The notes under the pieces were generated by a model, which saw only the letters and a list, made by a program, of their open reading frames with translations, did no database searches and had not been told where the DNA came from. 64,000 bases of DNA from an uncultured Nitrospinota bacterium (GTDB taxonomy: Bacteria; Tectomicrobia; Entotheonellia; J063; CAVPRW01), in NCBI GenBank assembly GCA_963707985.1, contig CAVPRW010000031.1, positions 32,001 to 96,000 of the forward strand, written 5' to 3'. The translations under genes were made by a program, and so were the position numbers. Below, piece by piece: positions 31,206 to 41,879 of this stretch (positions are counted from its first letter, which is position 1; the number at the start of each line of letters is the position of its first letter).

Positions 31206-32065
31206 AGGGGGCTACAGGTTGGAGGCTCCTTTGGCAAAAATTCGTCCGTGACCGTTCAGCCCTCTCCGGTCTAGTGATTCTGCTCGGGTTGATCCTCACA
31301 TCAACGCTGGCGCCATACCTGGCCCCATTTCCGGAAGATGTGTCGGCTACCCACCCTGCCCAGCGCTTACGCCCGCCGAGCTGGGAGCATCCCCTGGGGA
31401 CGGATACGCTGGGACGGGACATTTACAGCCGTATTTTATTTGGCGGGCGCATCACGCTGGTCATTTCTGTGACGGTGGTCGCCGCCTGTATCGTGATTGG
31501 TGTGCCGGCAGGGCTGATAGCGGGCTATTCTGAGAATATCGTCGGCAACGCGATCATGCGCATCGCTGATATCTTTCTGGCTGTTCCGCGGGTCATTCTG
31601 GCTCTAGCCCTGTCCCAAGCGCTCGGGCCAAGCTTACCCAACATGTTGCTAGCCTTGACGATTACCTACTGGCCGTGGTTCGCGCGTACCGTGGCGGCGG
31701 AAACGCGGTCGGTGAAACAGGCGACGTTCATCGAGGCTAGCAATGCCCTGGGGATGCGGCCCATGCGGGTGATCTTCTGGCATGTGCTACCGAATGTGCT
31801 TTCATCCGTTATTGTGCGCAGCACCATTGGTATGGGTTTTACGATTTTAACTGCGGCCGCCCTGGGATTCCTCGGGGTCGGCGCACAGCCTCCGGCGCCG
31901 GAGTGGGGGGCGATGATCGCCGAAGCCCGATTATATTTACCCGATGCCTGGTGGTATGCTACCTCACCTGGATTGGCCATCTTCTTCGTGGTAATGGGAT
32001 TCAACCTGTTGGGGGACGGTCTGCGGGATATTTTAGACCCACGCCTACGTCGCACGCGAAGCTGA
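31202..32065 (+). CDS. Peptide ABC permease (DppC-like)
   Basis: HPLGTDTLGRDIYSR, GDGLRDILDPR. Confidence 0.9.
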   Translation: MKGATGWRLLWQKFVRDRSALSGLVILLGLILTSTLAPYLAPFPEDVSATHPAQRLRPPSWEHPLGTDTLGRDIYSRILFGGRITLVISVTVVAACIVIGVPAGLIAGYSENIVGNAIMRIADIFLAVPRVILALALSQALGPSLPNMLLALTITYWPWFARTVAAETRSVKQATFIEASNALGMRPMRVIFWHVLPNVLSSVIVRSTIGMGFTILTAAALGFLGVGAQPPAPEWGAMIAEARLYLPDAWWYATSPGLAIFFVVMGFNLLGDGLRDILDPRLRRTRS

Positions 32066-32096
32066 TACGCCAAGGTAAAGCAGAGAGGCAGGTCGC

Positions 32097-33089
32097 ATGT
32101 CCGTACTAGAAATTAACGATCTGGTGATCGATTTCGAAACCGATCAGGGCGTGGTGGAGGCCATCGACCATCTCACACTAAGCGTCCGAGAGGGCGAAAT
32201 CCTCGGTGTGGTGGGCGAGAGTGGCTGTGGCAAAACGACCGTGGCCCGTTCCATTTTGGGCGTTATCCCCCAACCACCGGCACGCCTGCGCTCTGGACAG
32301 ATTCGCTTTCAGGGGGAAGATCTGCTGCATATGCCCGAGGCCAATCTCACGGCGCGTATCCGCGGCAAGGCGGTGACGGTCATCCCACAGGATCCGCTGG
32401 CGGCGCTCAATCCACTATTTCCCATTGGCGTGCAACTCCGCGACCTCTTGCGATGGAGCGGCCGTGGCCGAGCATCAGGCGCGAAGGCGAATCGGGGACA
32501 GATCGTTAATTTATTAAAGGCCGTACAATTGCCCTCCCCCGAGACCCAGTTGCGTAAATATCCCCATGAATTCAGCGGCGGGCAACGGCAACGGTTGCTG
32601 ATCGCCGCCGCCCTGGCTCCCGATCCGACCCTGATCATCGCCGATGAGCCCACATCGGCCCTCGATGTCACGGTGCAGGCCCAAATTCTGCTCCTGTTGA
32701 AGTCGCTGGTGAAAGAGCGAGGCACTTCGGTGGTCCTCATCACCCATGATCTTGGGGTGGTCGCCAAGCTCTGCGACCGTGTAGCCGTCATGTACGCCGG
32801 ACAAGAGGCGGAGGTGGCACCGACGTCATCACTGTTCAGCCATCCCTCACACCCCTACACCCAGAAGCTGCTCGATAGCCTGCCCGACCGACAACAGGGG
32901 GCGATTCAGGGGATTCCCGGCGTGGTCCCCAGTCTCATCGATCCCCCCCGCGGATGCCGCTTCCACACCCGGTGTGCCGACGTCATGCCGATCTGCCGTC
33001 AGGAGCGTCCTCCCGCCGTGGAGCTGTTTCCGGATCACCTGGTACGCTGTCACCTGTATCCCACGGATAACGGTACCTACGATGCCTGA
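32097..33089 (+). CDS. Peptide ABC ATPase (DppD-like)
   Basis: GESGCGKT, FSGGQRQR, IADEPT, HPYTQ, GCRFHTRC. Confidence 0.92.
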   Translation: MSVLEINDLVIDFETDQGVVEAIDHLTLSVREGEILGVVGESGCGKTTVARSILGVIPQPPARLRSGQIRFQGEDLLHMPEANLTARIRGKAVTVIPQDPLAALNPLFPIGVQLRDLLRWSGRGRASGAKANRGQIVNLLKAVQLPSPETQLRKYPHEFSGGQRQRLLIAAALAPDPTLIIADEPTSALDVTVQAQILLLLKSLVKERGTSVVLITHDLGVVAKLCDRVAVMYAGQEAEVAPTSSLFSHPSHPYTQKLLDSLPDRQQGAIQGIPGVVPSLIDPPRGCRFHTRCADVMPICRQERPPAVELFPDHLVRCHLYPTDNGTYDA

Positions 33090-33157
33090 CAGCTGATCTC
33101 GCGACCCATCCCCAGGCGCACCGGCTGTGGCGCGCTGGTCTACTCATGTAGAAAGAG

Positions 33158-34189
33158 ATGGCGATGACTGATGTCCTCCTGGAAGTGCGCGAGCTGAAAA
33201 AATACTTTCCGGTCACCCACGGATTCCTGAAACGCATTGTCGGCTGGGTGAAAGCGGTCGATGGCGTCAGCTTTCGGGTCGCCCCTGGTGAGATCTTCGG
33301 TCTGGTCGGTGAGAGCGGTTGTGGAAAATCGACCCTCGGGAAGGCAATCCTCGGTCTCTTTCCACCAACGGCCGGTGAGGTGCGCTTCGAGGGACGCACG
33401 ATCAGCGGATTGCCACCCGATGATGCCCGCCGCGTGCGGCGCGATATCCAATACGTCTATCAGGATCCGGGCGCTTCTCTCGACCCCTGGTGGACTGTCG
33501 GGCGCAGTCTTCGCGAGCCGCTTGTCGTCCATATGGCGCTGTCTCGCCCGGAGATCCGCAAACGCGTCGAAGCCATGATCACCGAAGTGGGCCTGGAGCC
33601 GCACCATCTGCAGCGCTATCCCCACGAGTTCAGCGGTGGACAGCAACGTCGGCTCGCCCTGGCCCGGACATTGGTGCTGAACCCACGCCTGATTATCTTC
33701 GATGAACCGACCGCAGGCCTGGATGTTTCGGTACAGGCGACGATCCTGCGTTTCTTCAAACAGATGCAAGCGCAATTCGACCTGACATACATTTTCATCT
33801 CACATGATCTGGGTATCGTCCGCTTGATGTGCGATCGCGTCACCGTCATGTACCTGGGAGCGATTGTGGAGAGCGGCCCGACCGAGGCGATCTTCCAGTC
33901 TCCGACGCACCCATACACGCAGGCCCTACTGGCCGCCGTCCCGAAGCCGGAGGTCGGCCCATGGCAGGGGACGTTACTGGAGGGTGAGCCGCCAAGGCCA
34001 GATAATATGCCCACGGGCTGCCGCTTCCGGCTGCGCTGCCCGTATGCGCAGGACGATCCCTGTGCACGCATTGAGCCGACTCTCCAGCCCGTCGACGCTG
34101 GCCATATAGTCGCCTGCCACTTCGCTGACAAGCCCCCCTGGCAGTTCCCCCCCGGCCACAGCATTGACCGACATCAAGCAGATCCGTAG
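33158..34189 (+). CDS. Peptide ABC ATPase (DppF-like)
   Basis: VKAVDGVSF, GESGCGKS, FSGGQQRR, GCRFRLRC. Confidence 0.92.
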   Translation: MAMTDVLLEVRELKKYFPVTHGFLKRIVGWVKAVDGVSFRVAPGEIFGLVGESGCGKSTLGKAILGLFPPTAGEVRFEGRTISGLPPDDARRVRRDIQYVYQDPGASLDPWWTVGRSLREPLVVHMALSRPEIRKRVEAMITEVGLEPHHLQRYPHEFSGGQQRRLALARTLVLNPRLIIFDEPTAGLDVSVQATILRFFKQMQAQFDLTYIFISHDLGIVRLMCDRVTVMYLGAIVESGPTEAIFQSPTHPYTQALLAAVPKPEVGPWQGTLLEGEPPRPDNMPTGCRFRLRCPYAQDDPCARIEPTLQPVDAGHIVACHFADKPPWQFPPGHSIDRHQADP

Positions 34190-34243
34190 AGGATACACCT
34201 CATCGCGACAAACTCGAGGATCCATCTCGATCGCTCCAGGGGT

Positions 34244-34483
34244 GTGCTGAAGTCCGGCGGCACACTTGTCACCATTGCGGCCCAGAGCGAGGGGACTAGG
34301 GACCCAGCGGTCCGCGACGCGTTCTTCATCGTGGAGGCAAATCGCTCGCAACTGGCCGAAATTGCCCGACTGATCGATGACGGACAGATCCGAGTGCTCC
34401 TTCAGGAGGTATTTCCTCTCGCGCAGGCACGTCAAGCCTATGAGCAGGCACAGGGTGGAGGTAACCGGGGTAAGGTAGTATGA
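34244..34483 (+). pseudogene. C-terminal fragment of an NADP-dependent MDR/quinone oxidoreductase
   Basis: LKSGGTLVTI..QLAEIARLIDDGQIRV..FPLAQARQAYE..RGKVV. Confidence 0.65.
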
Positions 34484-34502
34484 CGCATGGTGAGCTAATG
34501 GC

Positions 34503-35294
34503 TCACCATGCGTCATAGGCGTTTCTGATCAGCTTGGGGTCGTAGGTACGCTCGAGCCGCCTGATGGTGAAGTGGCCGCGTGCCATGTCCTGAAAATGAT
34601 CGATGAAGACGCTGTTGATCAGCGCCCCACCCACGGCTCCAATTACCGGCACCGCCTGAGCCGCGAGTTTCTCCGACACGGCGACTCCAAAGCGAGACGC
34701 CACCTGTGTCAGGAACCTGACAAGCGCGGGAGCACCCTCCTGGGCCACACCCTTCTGGGCAATATGCTGCGTAGCCTCGGACACCGCGCGGGCGAAGCTC
34801 GCACGGATGGCAAAGTAGCCTGTTTTAGCGGCGTGATCGCCCTGCGAGGGCCCTCCGAAGGCGAACACCTGTAAGCAGGCCAGCTTGGCTTCCGGGGATT
34901 TTAGTTGCTCCCCTTCGCTTCTGGCGATGTCAGCGATGGAGCGGAGCATGACCGTGGTTGAGACCGGCAGTTCCACGGCGAGTGCTGGCAACCCGAAGAG
35001 GCCGCCAGATGCCCCCGAGGCGGCCACAGCAATCTTGTGAATCCTATCAGACGAAGCCCGTGTACCCGTGTTATCCACGGTGAGCAGGGCGACGTTCAGC
35101 GCCTGCTCCAGGGCTGTTGTGGTGGCGTAGGTGACGACCTCAGACCATTTGGCCGGCAAGAGGGCAAACCCCTTCTCAATGGGGATGCCAATGATACGGG
35201 TGATCTTGGCAGCCAGGCTTGGATGTTCCAGGAGGCGCTTCGCCTGTCGAAGTGCCTCGCCATCGTCCTGAGACAGGCCCATCATGTCATTCAT
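34503..35294 (-). CDS. EcsC-family protein
   Basis: LAVELPVSTTVMLRSIADIARSEGE, AQAVPVIGAVGGALIN, GHFTIRRLER. Confidence 0.8.
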   Translation of the reverse strand: MNDMMGLSQDDGEALRQAKRLLEHPSLAAKITRIIGIPIEKGFALLPAKWSEVVTYATTTALEQALNVALLTVDNTGTRASSDRIHKIAVAASGASGGLFGLPALAVELPVSTTVMLRSIADIARSEGEQLKSPEAKLACLQVFAFGGPSQGDHAAKTGYFAIRASFARAVSEATQHIAQKGVAQEGAPALVRFLTQVASRFGVAVSEKLAAQAVPVIGAVGGALINSVFIDHFQDMARGHFTIRRLERTYDPKLIRNAYDAW

Positions 35295-35573
35295 CCCCCT
35301 CACGGAGTCGTGGTCCCATACTTTCCCATTGCTCTCTTTCCGTGGGCCGCAGGATCGCCGCGGGTGATACGACATCGTCGCGGTTGTATGCGGCCGCGCC
35401 CTTCAGTGCGTCGACCAGCGCGTCAAACACGGTCGAACCGGCGTGTGTCATCAACCCTGTTGTCATGTGCTATTGCAGCGTGCGGTCCGTGCATTGCTGC
35501 GAGTTGGTCGGATGAACTCTCATGTACCCCAAAATCTGCACTACTATAGAGAGGCGGGCCAGCCTTTCAAGAG

Positions 35574-36110
35574 CTATTTTTCTCCGCCCAGCGAACGGAT
35601 ATGGTCGAGGTCCAGTTGTCCTGCGGATCCCCAGCCTTGTTTCCCCTCTGGTACGTCAGGGCGAAACTGCTCATACAGCGAGTAGGCGTGAGCCGCCAGT
35701 TGGTCTGGTGTATAGGCTTTGGCCAACGCTTCCATGGCAGCCTGTACATCGGCCAACTCGTGACCGAACTTCTGTGCCAAGTAGCGCCTCACGCCAGCCG
35801 GATCGATCGGTTGACCTTTGACCGTGGCTCGCACGCCTTGGTCCGTCCTGATGACCCGCACCCGCCGATTCAGCAGGTTCACCAGAAATTGCTCGCCCGG
35901 TTGCCCTGCCTTCGATTCCCTTGCCTCTGGTGAGCTTTGTGCTTCCTCGAAGATCCCCAGTTGCCTCCCTTTCGATTGGGCATCGAGCCCGGCTACGGCC
36001 TTACCGAATGTTAGCGCGGCTTCATGATCGTAGCCCAACCGCTCGGCAACCACGGTGGTCCAGAGGGTGAGGACAGGAGCACGATTGATTTTGCCTGTGT
36101 GTGTCGCCAT
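35574..36110 (-). CDS. Conserved hypothetical protein
   Basis: KINRAPVLTLW..ERLG, LYEQFRPDVPEGKQGWG; GAGGAG RBS. Confidence 0.7.
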   Translation of the reverse strand: MATHTGKINRAPVLTLWTTVVAERLGYDHEAALTFGKAVAGLDAQSKGRQLGIFEEAQSSPEARESKAGQPGEQFLVNLLNRRVRVIRTDQGVRATVKGQPIDPAGVRRYLAQKFGHELADVQAAMEALAKAYTPDQLAAHAYSLYEQFRPDVPEGKQGWGSAGQLDLDHIRSLGGEK

Positions 36111-36546
36111 CGCTTTGACTCCTCTGCTTCCCCGTCGGTTTGGACGGCCAAACGTATACCAACAGAGTGGCGAGATGAGTGGCCTACTATACACATCCAG
36201 TGTACCAGGGTACGAGGAGGCGCGCAAAGGAGCGAGTCTTTGCGAGAAATGGGCAGGGGCGCACAGAGAAAAAGGGGTGTTTAGAGCTCGGCGCTGTCAC
36301 TCTCTTGCTGGTCCGCAAATCGGCGCAAATCAGCAAGGTAGGCGCGGGGCAGTGCGACCCTTCGAGGGGCTTGAGTTGTTGATTTCTTGCGTAGTCAAGG
36401 ATACAATCGAGTTGAATTAGTTTCATGAGATTATAAATAATAATTATTGGTTAAAATGCGCACCGTCATCTGATAACGCATGATCTGAGCAAAATGACAA
36501 GTTAGCCACTGGCGGAATAATGAATACTGTTACAGGAGATGACCCC

Positions 36547-36951
36547 ATGTATCGGATCACTTCGACGTTTTCCGCCGTTGCGATGCTCGCGGGCGCCACA
36601 GCTTACGCCATGACCGGGGGCAGCGTCGCAGCTGGGTTCCATGGCACATGGGTCCCTGGTTCAGCTGCCTGCACATCGCCGCTCAAGCTGATGATCGAGG
36701 CCAACGTGGTCACCTTCGTGAATGGCACCCAGCGAGCGGAGTACCGCCAGCTAGAGCAGTGCTTCACCTGCATGGGCCGCGACGTTGACAATGTCACCTT
36801 GCTCTCCACAGACGCGATGGGCGACTCACCGTTCCTCATCTATCTCGACGCATCCAAGAAAAAGACTACCGTGCGGGTCGATTTTAGCAACGATAAGAAG
36901 CTTGGGACTCGCTTTCCCTTCGGCACGGCCGCGCTGAAGAAGTGCGCCTGA
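36547..36951 (+). CDS. Secreted hypothetical protein
   Basis: AGGAG RBS, signal-peptide-like N-terminus, four Cys. Confidence 0.65.
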   Translation: MYRITSTFSAVAMLAGATAYAMTGGSVAAGFHGTWVPGSAACTSPLKLMIEANVVTFVNGTQRAEYRQLEQCFTCMGRDVDNVTLLSTDAMGDSPFLIYLDASKKKTTVRVDFSNDKKLGTRFPFGTAALKKCA

Positions 36952-37277
36952 TGCCTCGCCGTCGCCAGGTTCCCCCGCCGCTGTACCAGTAATTCACCTG
37001 TGACGGAAGCTGTTCGAGCGAATTCTTGCTTCACAGGCAGGATGATAGTCAACGATTTGATCAGTACCTTTCACGGTAAGACGCCTGGCGGCAACGTGAG
37101 GGAGAGATTTCAGTGCGACTCGGATGAGCACAATTTGTTGCAAGGGTTGCGGGATCGGGATTTGATTCGACCAGCAGAAGCATGTAGCTGAAAGGAGGAC
37201 AAGCATCCGGTGCTCACCCGGTTCGCAAGACTTGTGGTCAAGGTGCGAGCAGAGTAGCTCAAAACGCAAGAGAGGGG

Positions 37278-37429
37278 GCCTAACGAGATGGTGCACCTGA
37301 CAGGGGCCGCATCGCGACTTTTAGGGGTTCGACGTCTCACCGGCCGGGGGCGGCACCACGACTCTCTGCTTGCAGCACAGGCGTACAAAGCCCCGCTGGC
37401 CCCCCGTTCGCTGCAGCGCCGGGTTAGGC
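37278..37429. repeat. attC-like sequence: two converging attC left halves
   Basis: GCCTAAC-7nt-TGCACCTGAC on + at 37278 and GCCTAAC-7nt-TGCAGCGAAC on - from 37429. Confidence 0.5.
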
Positions 37430-37562
37430 GAGGGGTTTCGTACGAACACCCGCCCTACACACGGCTGCTGGACTGGAGCCACAAGGCACTCTGACTCCGC
37501 CCCGGATTTCGCTGCCACACTGACACACATGATGTCCTTGCGCCAATCATGGCATGGCCTCG

Positions 37563-37880
37563 TCACATGGCAATTTCTTGATACCCCCCCGGTATGATAC
37601 GCTCAACAGCCGCTTGGATCATATCGATCCGCAATTGGATACGTGGCCACGATGTTGAAAGGAGCACGATAATGGCGAGTTGCCTGTCGGCAAGATGCTG
37701 CTGGTATCGCAAATTCTGATCCGTCGTCATCAAGAGGTCGTAGCCCTCTTGTTCCGCCACATCAAGTAACTTCCCATTGTGCAAAGCTGACCACCCATGC
37801 TCAAATGCCGTGTCCACAACATGAGGGGTCAGATGCCGACGGAGTGGGACCGGTGTCCCCTGATCAAAGAGCATTCTCAT
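37563..37880 (-). CDS. PIN-like (DUF5615) toxin
   Basis: MRMLFDQGTPVPL, GWSALHNGKLL, LMTTDQNLRYQQ. Confidence 0.85.
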   Translation of the reverse strand: MRMLFDQGTPVPLRRHLTPHVVDTAFEHGWSALHNGKLLDVAEQEGYDLLMTTDQNLRYQQHLADRQLAIIVLLSTSWPRIQLRIDMIQAAVERIIPGGYQEIAM

Positions 37881-38104
37881 GAGGCTTCTGGGTGCGCCGC
37901 AGCCATCGCTCCGTGTTCGAGGACGGCTTCGACTTGAGAGCGTTGTACGCCGGGAAACCACTCGAGAAACTGAGCGATTGAGGCGCCATCTCGGAGATTT
38001 TCAAACAGAGCAGCCAAAGGCACACGTGTTCCCCGAAACACCCAAGCCCCACCGAGCTTCTCCGGGTGACGCTCCACCGCATCACAATCTTTCCATCGAT
38101 CCAT
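37877..38104 (-). CDS. DUF433 antitoxin
   Basis: PEKLGGAWVFRGTRVPLAALFENLRDGASIAQFLEWFPGV; ATGA overlap with the toxin. Confidence 0.88.
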   Translation of the reverse strand: MDRWKDCDAVERHPEKLGGAWVFRGTRVPLAALFENLRDGASIAQFLEWFPGVQRSQVEAVLEHGAMAAAHPEAS

Positions 38105-38151
38105 ACGATTACCTCATGCTCAACCCAAAGAAACCAGCTCACGACTCGTTC

Positions 38152-38179
38152 GCCGAACGGCTTACGGCTGAGCGGCCGC
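38152..38179 (-). repeat. attC-like right half (L'-R')
   Basis: Minus strand GCGGCCGCTCAGCCGTAAGCCGTTCGGC, ending in a GTT core just upstream of the antitoxin. Confidence 0.45.
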
Positions 38180-38498
38180 ATGACCTGACTCAGCCCAAGC
38201 AGACCCCGCGAGGAGTAATACATCTGCCAAACTTCAAACAGAACGAAGACTGCAATGGACACAAGCATGAGCAGAGCCGCCCACAGGGCCTGCTGCTTGG
38301 TTATGTACTCCTTGCCGCGCGACCAGAGGCCGAAGAAGCCCGCGTAAGCGGCCAGGATGATGAGATGAGTGTCCGCGGTCGCCTTGTCTAGGCCGCGCTC
38401 AAAATCTTTATCTGGGACTCGATCAACTCCTCAGCTTGTCGCTTCTCTTCGCCTTCAGCCGCCTTCTGGAGTAGTTCCTGCATACGACCGTTGGCCAT
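38180..38498 (-). pseudogene. Truncated membrane protein (frameshift near 38389)
   Basis: MANGRMQELL..KILSAA then DKATADTHLIILAAYAGFFGLW..ALLMLVSIAVFVLFEVW, running into the attC-like half site. Confidence 0.5.
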
Positions 38499-38652
38499 CT
38501 GTTGCCTTTTCGAGCCCTCACGAGTAAGCGTTGTTGTGGCGCGTAGCCGACACAACAACGCTGTTGAACGGCACCCCCGCTCATGTCCTCGGGAATGGTC
38601 ATCCAGCTGGCACCGCTTGAGAAGCGTTTTCGTGGGGATGTCGGCGGATGGC

Positions 38653-38930
38653 CTAGGCGACTGGGAGGAAGGAAAATTGATCGTCGGCCATGATTGGGTC
38701 CCCCTGTTCTGCAGCAGTGCACCGGGGCACAGAACGTCGAATGTCTCGCGCGTGCCTGGCTGGGTGCTTCGGTGTTGAGGGTCTCGCCATCCAGCATTCC
38801 CGATGGCCAGACGAGCCGGAGATGACACCCCCGGCATGGGCGCGCGGGTCAGACTTCTGGATGGTCCAGCCATGCTCTTCCGTATGCGACAGCGCTTCAC
38901 GAACATATCGGTTCAGATGGTCGACTCGTT
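38653..38930 (-). pseudogene. Degenerate HicA-like small gene plus start of a partner gene
   Basis: HLNRYVREALSHTEEHGWTIQKSDPRAHA..STPKHPARHARDIRR; resemblance by eye only. Confidence 0.35.
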
Positions 38931-39286
38931 CCTTGCCTGTGCGATGCTTGTGGGGTTGGTAGGGACCTTCTCCCATGATGTCACCGTCCAATGGCAGCGG
39001 GCACCAAGAGGCGTCCAGCGCGGTATAGACGCGTGCCGCCGGATGGAGTACAGTAGGGCCGTCAGGAGTCGCATGGGAGACGGCCTGGCGAAAGGCGAGC
39101 GGAGTGTACCAGCGGGCGATGGTGGTCAGTCCGGACCTCGCGCACCGTGCGCACGAATGTGTCCAGTGGCTTGTACGACAGCACGTGGTGAGCCTTATCG
39201 ATCAACGACGACCTTACCAATCCCAGGGGACACCCCGATGGGCGTCACGTTACCCCTGGCTCAGACATTCGTGAAGGAGGGGTCTC

Positions 39287-40327
39287 ATGGCAGACGAAGA
39301 TATTCGCGTTGGTCTGATCGGTGCAGGTGGCAATGTTCGCAACCGCCACATCCCCGGCTTTCGCAAGGTGAAAGGGGTGGAGATCGTGGGGGTGGTCAAT
39401 CGCAGTCTCGAGTCGAGCCAACGTGTGGCAGACCAATTCAACATTTCCCGAGTGTACAATACTTGGCAGGAATTGTTGGATGACGACGAAATCAACGCCA
39501 TCTGCATCGGCACCTGGCCCTACATGCACCGCCCGCTCACCTTAGCGGCGCTGGAGCAGGGTAAACACGTGCTCACCGAGGCGCGCATGGCCTCTACGGC
39601 CCAGGAGGCCCGTGACATGCTGGCAGCGTCGAGGAGTCGGCCGCAGCTCGTGTGCCAGTTGACCCCCACATCCACGACCTACAGAATCGACAAGGTTCTG
39701 CAGCGATTGATCGGTGAGGGCTTCCTCGGCGAGTTGCTATCCGTCGAGGTCCAGGCCCTGCAAAACCGCTTTGCTGATCGTGGTGGGGAGTTGCACTGGC
39801 GCCACGACTGGGAGCTCAGTGGGTACAATACCCTGAATATCGGCGCCGCCTATGAGTCCATGATGCGTTGGGTGGGACGGGGCAACCGGGTCATGGCCAT
39901 GGCCAAAACTCACGTGCCGTACCGGCGTAAAGCCAATGGGGCGCTCACTTCCGTCAGCATTCCCGACCATGTGGATATCCTCTACGAATTGGCGAATGGG
40001 GCACAGGTCCACATGAGGATGAGTGCCACCACCGGACTCTCGACGGGTAATCAGATCTGGTTTTACGGCACCGAGGGCACCATCCATGTGGACCAGCAGC
40101 AAAAAATCTTCGCCGGACGTCGCGACGACAAGCAGCTCTCCGAGGTTCCCAATCCTCCGGAGGCGCAGGCCTTCTACCGCGTGGAGGAAGAGTTCACCAA
40201 CGCGATTCGTGGCACGGAAGAGATCACCATGGTCCCCTTCGAATCGGGCGTGCATTACATGGAGTGGACCGAAGCGGTGATCCGCAGCGCCCAAACCGGG
40301 CAGGCGGTCTACCTGCCGCTGTCATGA
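39287..40327 (+). CDS. Gfo/Idh/MocA-family oxidoreductase
   Basis: IRVGLIGAGG, GKHVLTEARMA, YGTEGTI. Confidence 0.9.
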   Translation: MADEDIRVGLIGAGGNVRNRHIPGFRKVKGVEIVGVVNRSLESSQRVADQFNISRVYNTWQELLDDDEINAICIGTWPYMHRPLTLAALEQGKHVLTEARMASTAQEARDMLAASRSRPQLVCQLTPTSTTYRIDKVLQRLIGEGFLGELLSVEVQALQNRFADRGGELHWRHDWELSGYNTLNIGAAYESMMRWVGRGNRVMAMAKTHVPYRRKANGALTSVSIPDHVDILYELANGAQVHMRMSATTGLSTGNQIWFYGTEGTIHVDQQQKIFAGRRDDKQLSEVPNPPEAQAFYRVEEEFTNAIRGTEEITMVPFESGVHYMEWTEAVIRSAQTGQAVYLPLS

Positions 40328-40483
40328 GCTGTCAACCCCATCCTTGGCCAAGGCAGGGCATGGGGTAGCCGCCGGACGCTGTGTGCGGTAAAGACCACGC
40401 GGATCATGGTGGTTGGCGTGGACGGGGCGGTGTTTTGATCTGGTGACGGAGAAAGATCCTGCAGGGTAAGTGAGGGACCGCGT

Positions 40484-40735
40484 ATGGCTATCGCGCCTGA
40501 AGCCCTGGTATATTCCACCGAGCAGGGCGATCTGCGCAAACGGCAGCCATCTGCCCCGCAGGGTCTTGCCCACCCTCCAATGCAGGACACCGCTGTCATC
40601 CAACGGACCTCGAAAGGCCGCGGCGGCAAGGTGGTGACCCTGATCAAACACCTGCACCTGTCCCTGGACGACTATAAAGCCCTGACGAAATACCTCAAAG
40701 AGACCTGCGGGAGTGTGCAAGAACTGTTGTCGTAG
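40484..40735 (+). pseudogene. SUI1/YciH-family translation factor, C-terminally truncated
   Basis: LVYSTE, KGRGGKVVTLI, LKETCGS; the usual GG(T/S)..IQGD end is missing. Confidence 0.7.
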
Positions 40736-41879
40736 CATGGGCCGCCGCCTCGCTGGACACCACCCAAGCATCGTGGGCGTCCCGCACATGCGCTCAAACG
40801 CCTTAGGGAGCAGTGGTGCGGGGACCACGGTTAGCTGTGGAGCTACCAGCTGTCAAGAATCCTGATGGATTGAAGTATTATAACGAATACCAGCACGTCC
40901 TCATGCGCACGAACCAGGAGGAAAATACGCCCTTGTGTCATCTTCATTCGCGCCAGAACGTACCATCCATCAGTGCTAAAGAGCTACTCTGAAAAGGCCC
41001 CATCTACAGCCCATCGCAGCCTATATTCGAGCCGCCAACGCTCATGACACGCCTGCGGTGCTCCGCACCATCACCGCCGATGCCGTGGTGACAGACGAGG
41101 GACGCGCGTACCGTGGTCACGGTTCGGCAAAGCGGACGTCACACGACTGGTCGCCGATTCCGGCATTATCTGCTCGCGCGCCAAGATGCCACTCCAGGAG
41201 CGATGAACAGATGGTTTACGGTAAGAAGGAGTTTCTTCTCGCTCCCAAAGTGCATCAGATGCCGTATCCTGCGAACACACAAAGTGGTTTGTAGGAAGGC
41301 ACTTGGGCAGTTCCCCATGGTGTGAGCGTATGTGCCACCATCTAGACCATGTGCCCCACATGTTTCTGTCCTTAGCCAGGGTGTATCGCTCCCTGCGCGA
41401 GCTAGAAGCAGTCCATCACCACAGTGGAGCTAGACTCTCTAAACCCTGGAATATACCTCTTTGGGGGGTTGTGCAAAAAATCCCAGTATGCCCAAGCTTT
41501 CTCCAAGCCGCGCCGGGATGCTGCATACTGGCAACAGGTCATGTCCAGGCAAGACTTCAAGGTTGAACTGATCTGGACGAAGGACGCTTCAACCGGGCCC
41601 TATGGCATGGCTTGATGAGTGAGGATCGCCTGGATCCGGAAATTCGCCACGGGCGTAACCTATCTGCCCCATGTTTTTGACCCAAAGACGGCAGCTGTAT
41701 CCGAGGCATCCGGTAGTTGAAATCCTCCGGGTGGGCTGATCGCCCACGGGAATTATACGCTCTCCCGCTCATCGCCCATGAGGTGACCCGGTAGAACGCC
41801 GGAAAGATTCGACTTGACCTGTTGCCATTGGATGTGGTCTGCTCCTTATACCTCGATATGAGCCGATGGAGATACAAGC

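Noticed and set aside
38528..38561. Perfect 11-bp inverted repeat GCGTTGTTGTG/CACAACAACGC
   Set aside because: No T tract and no second copy seen; function cannot be supported
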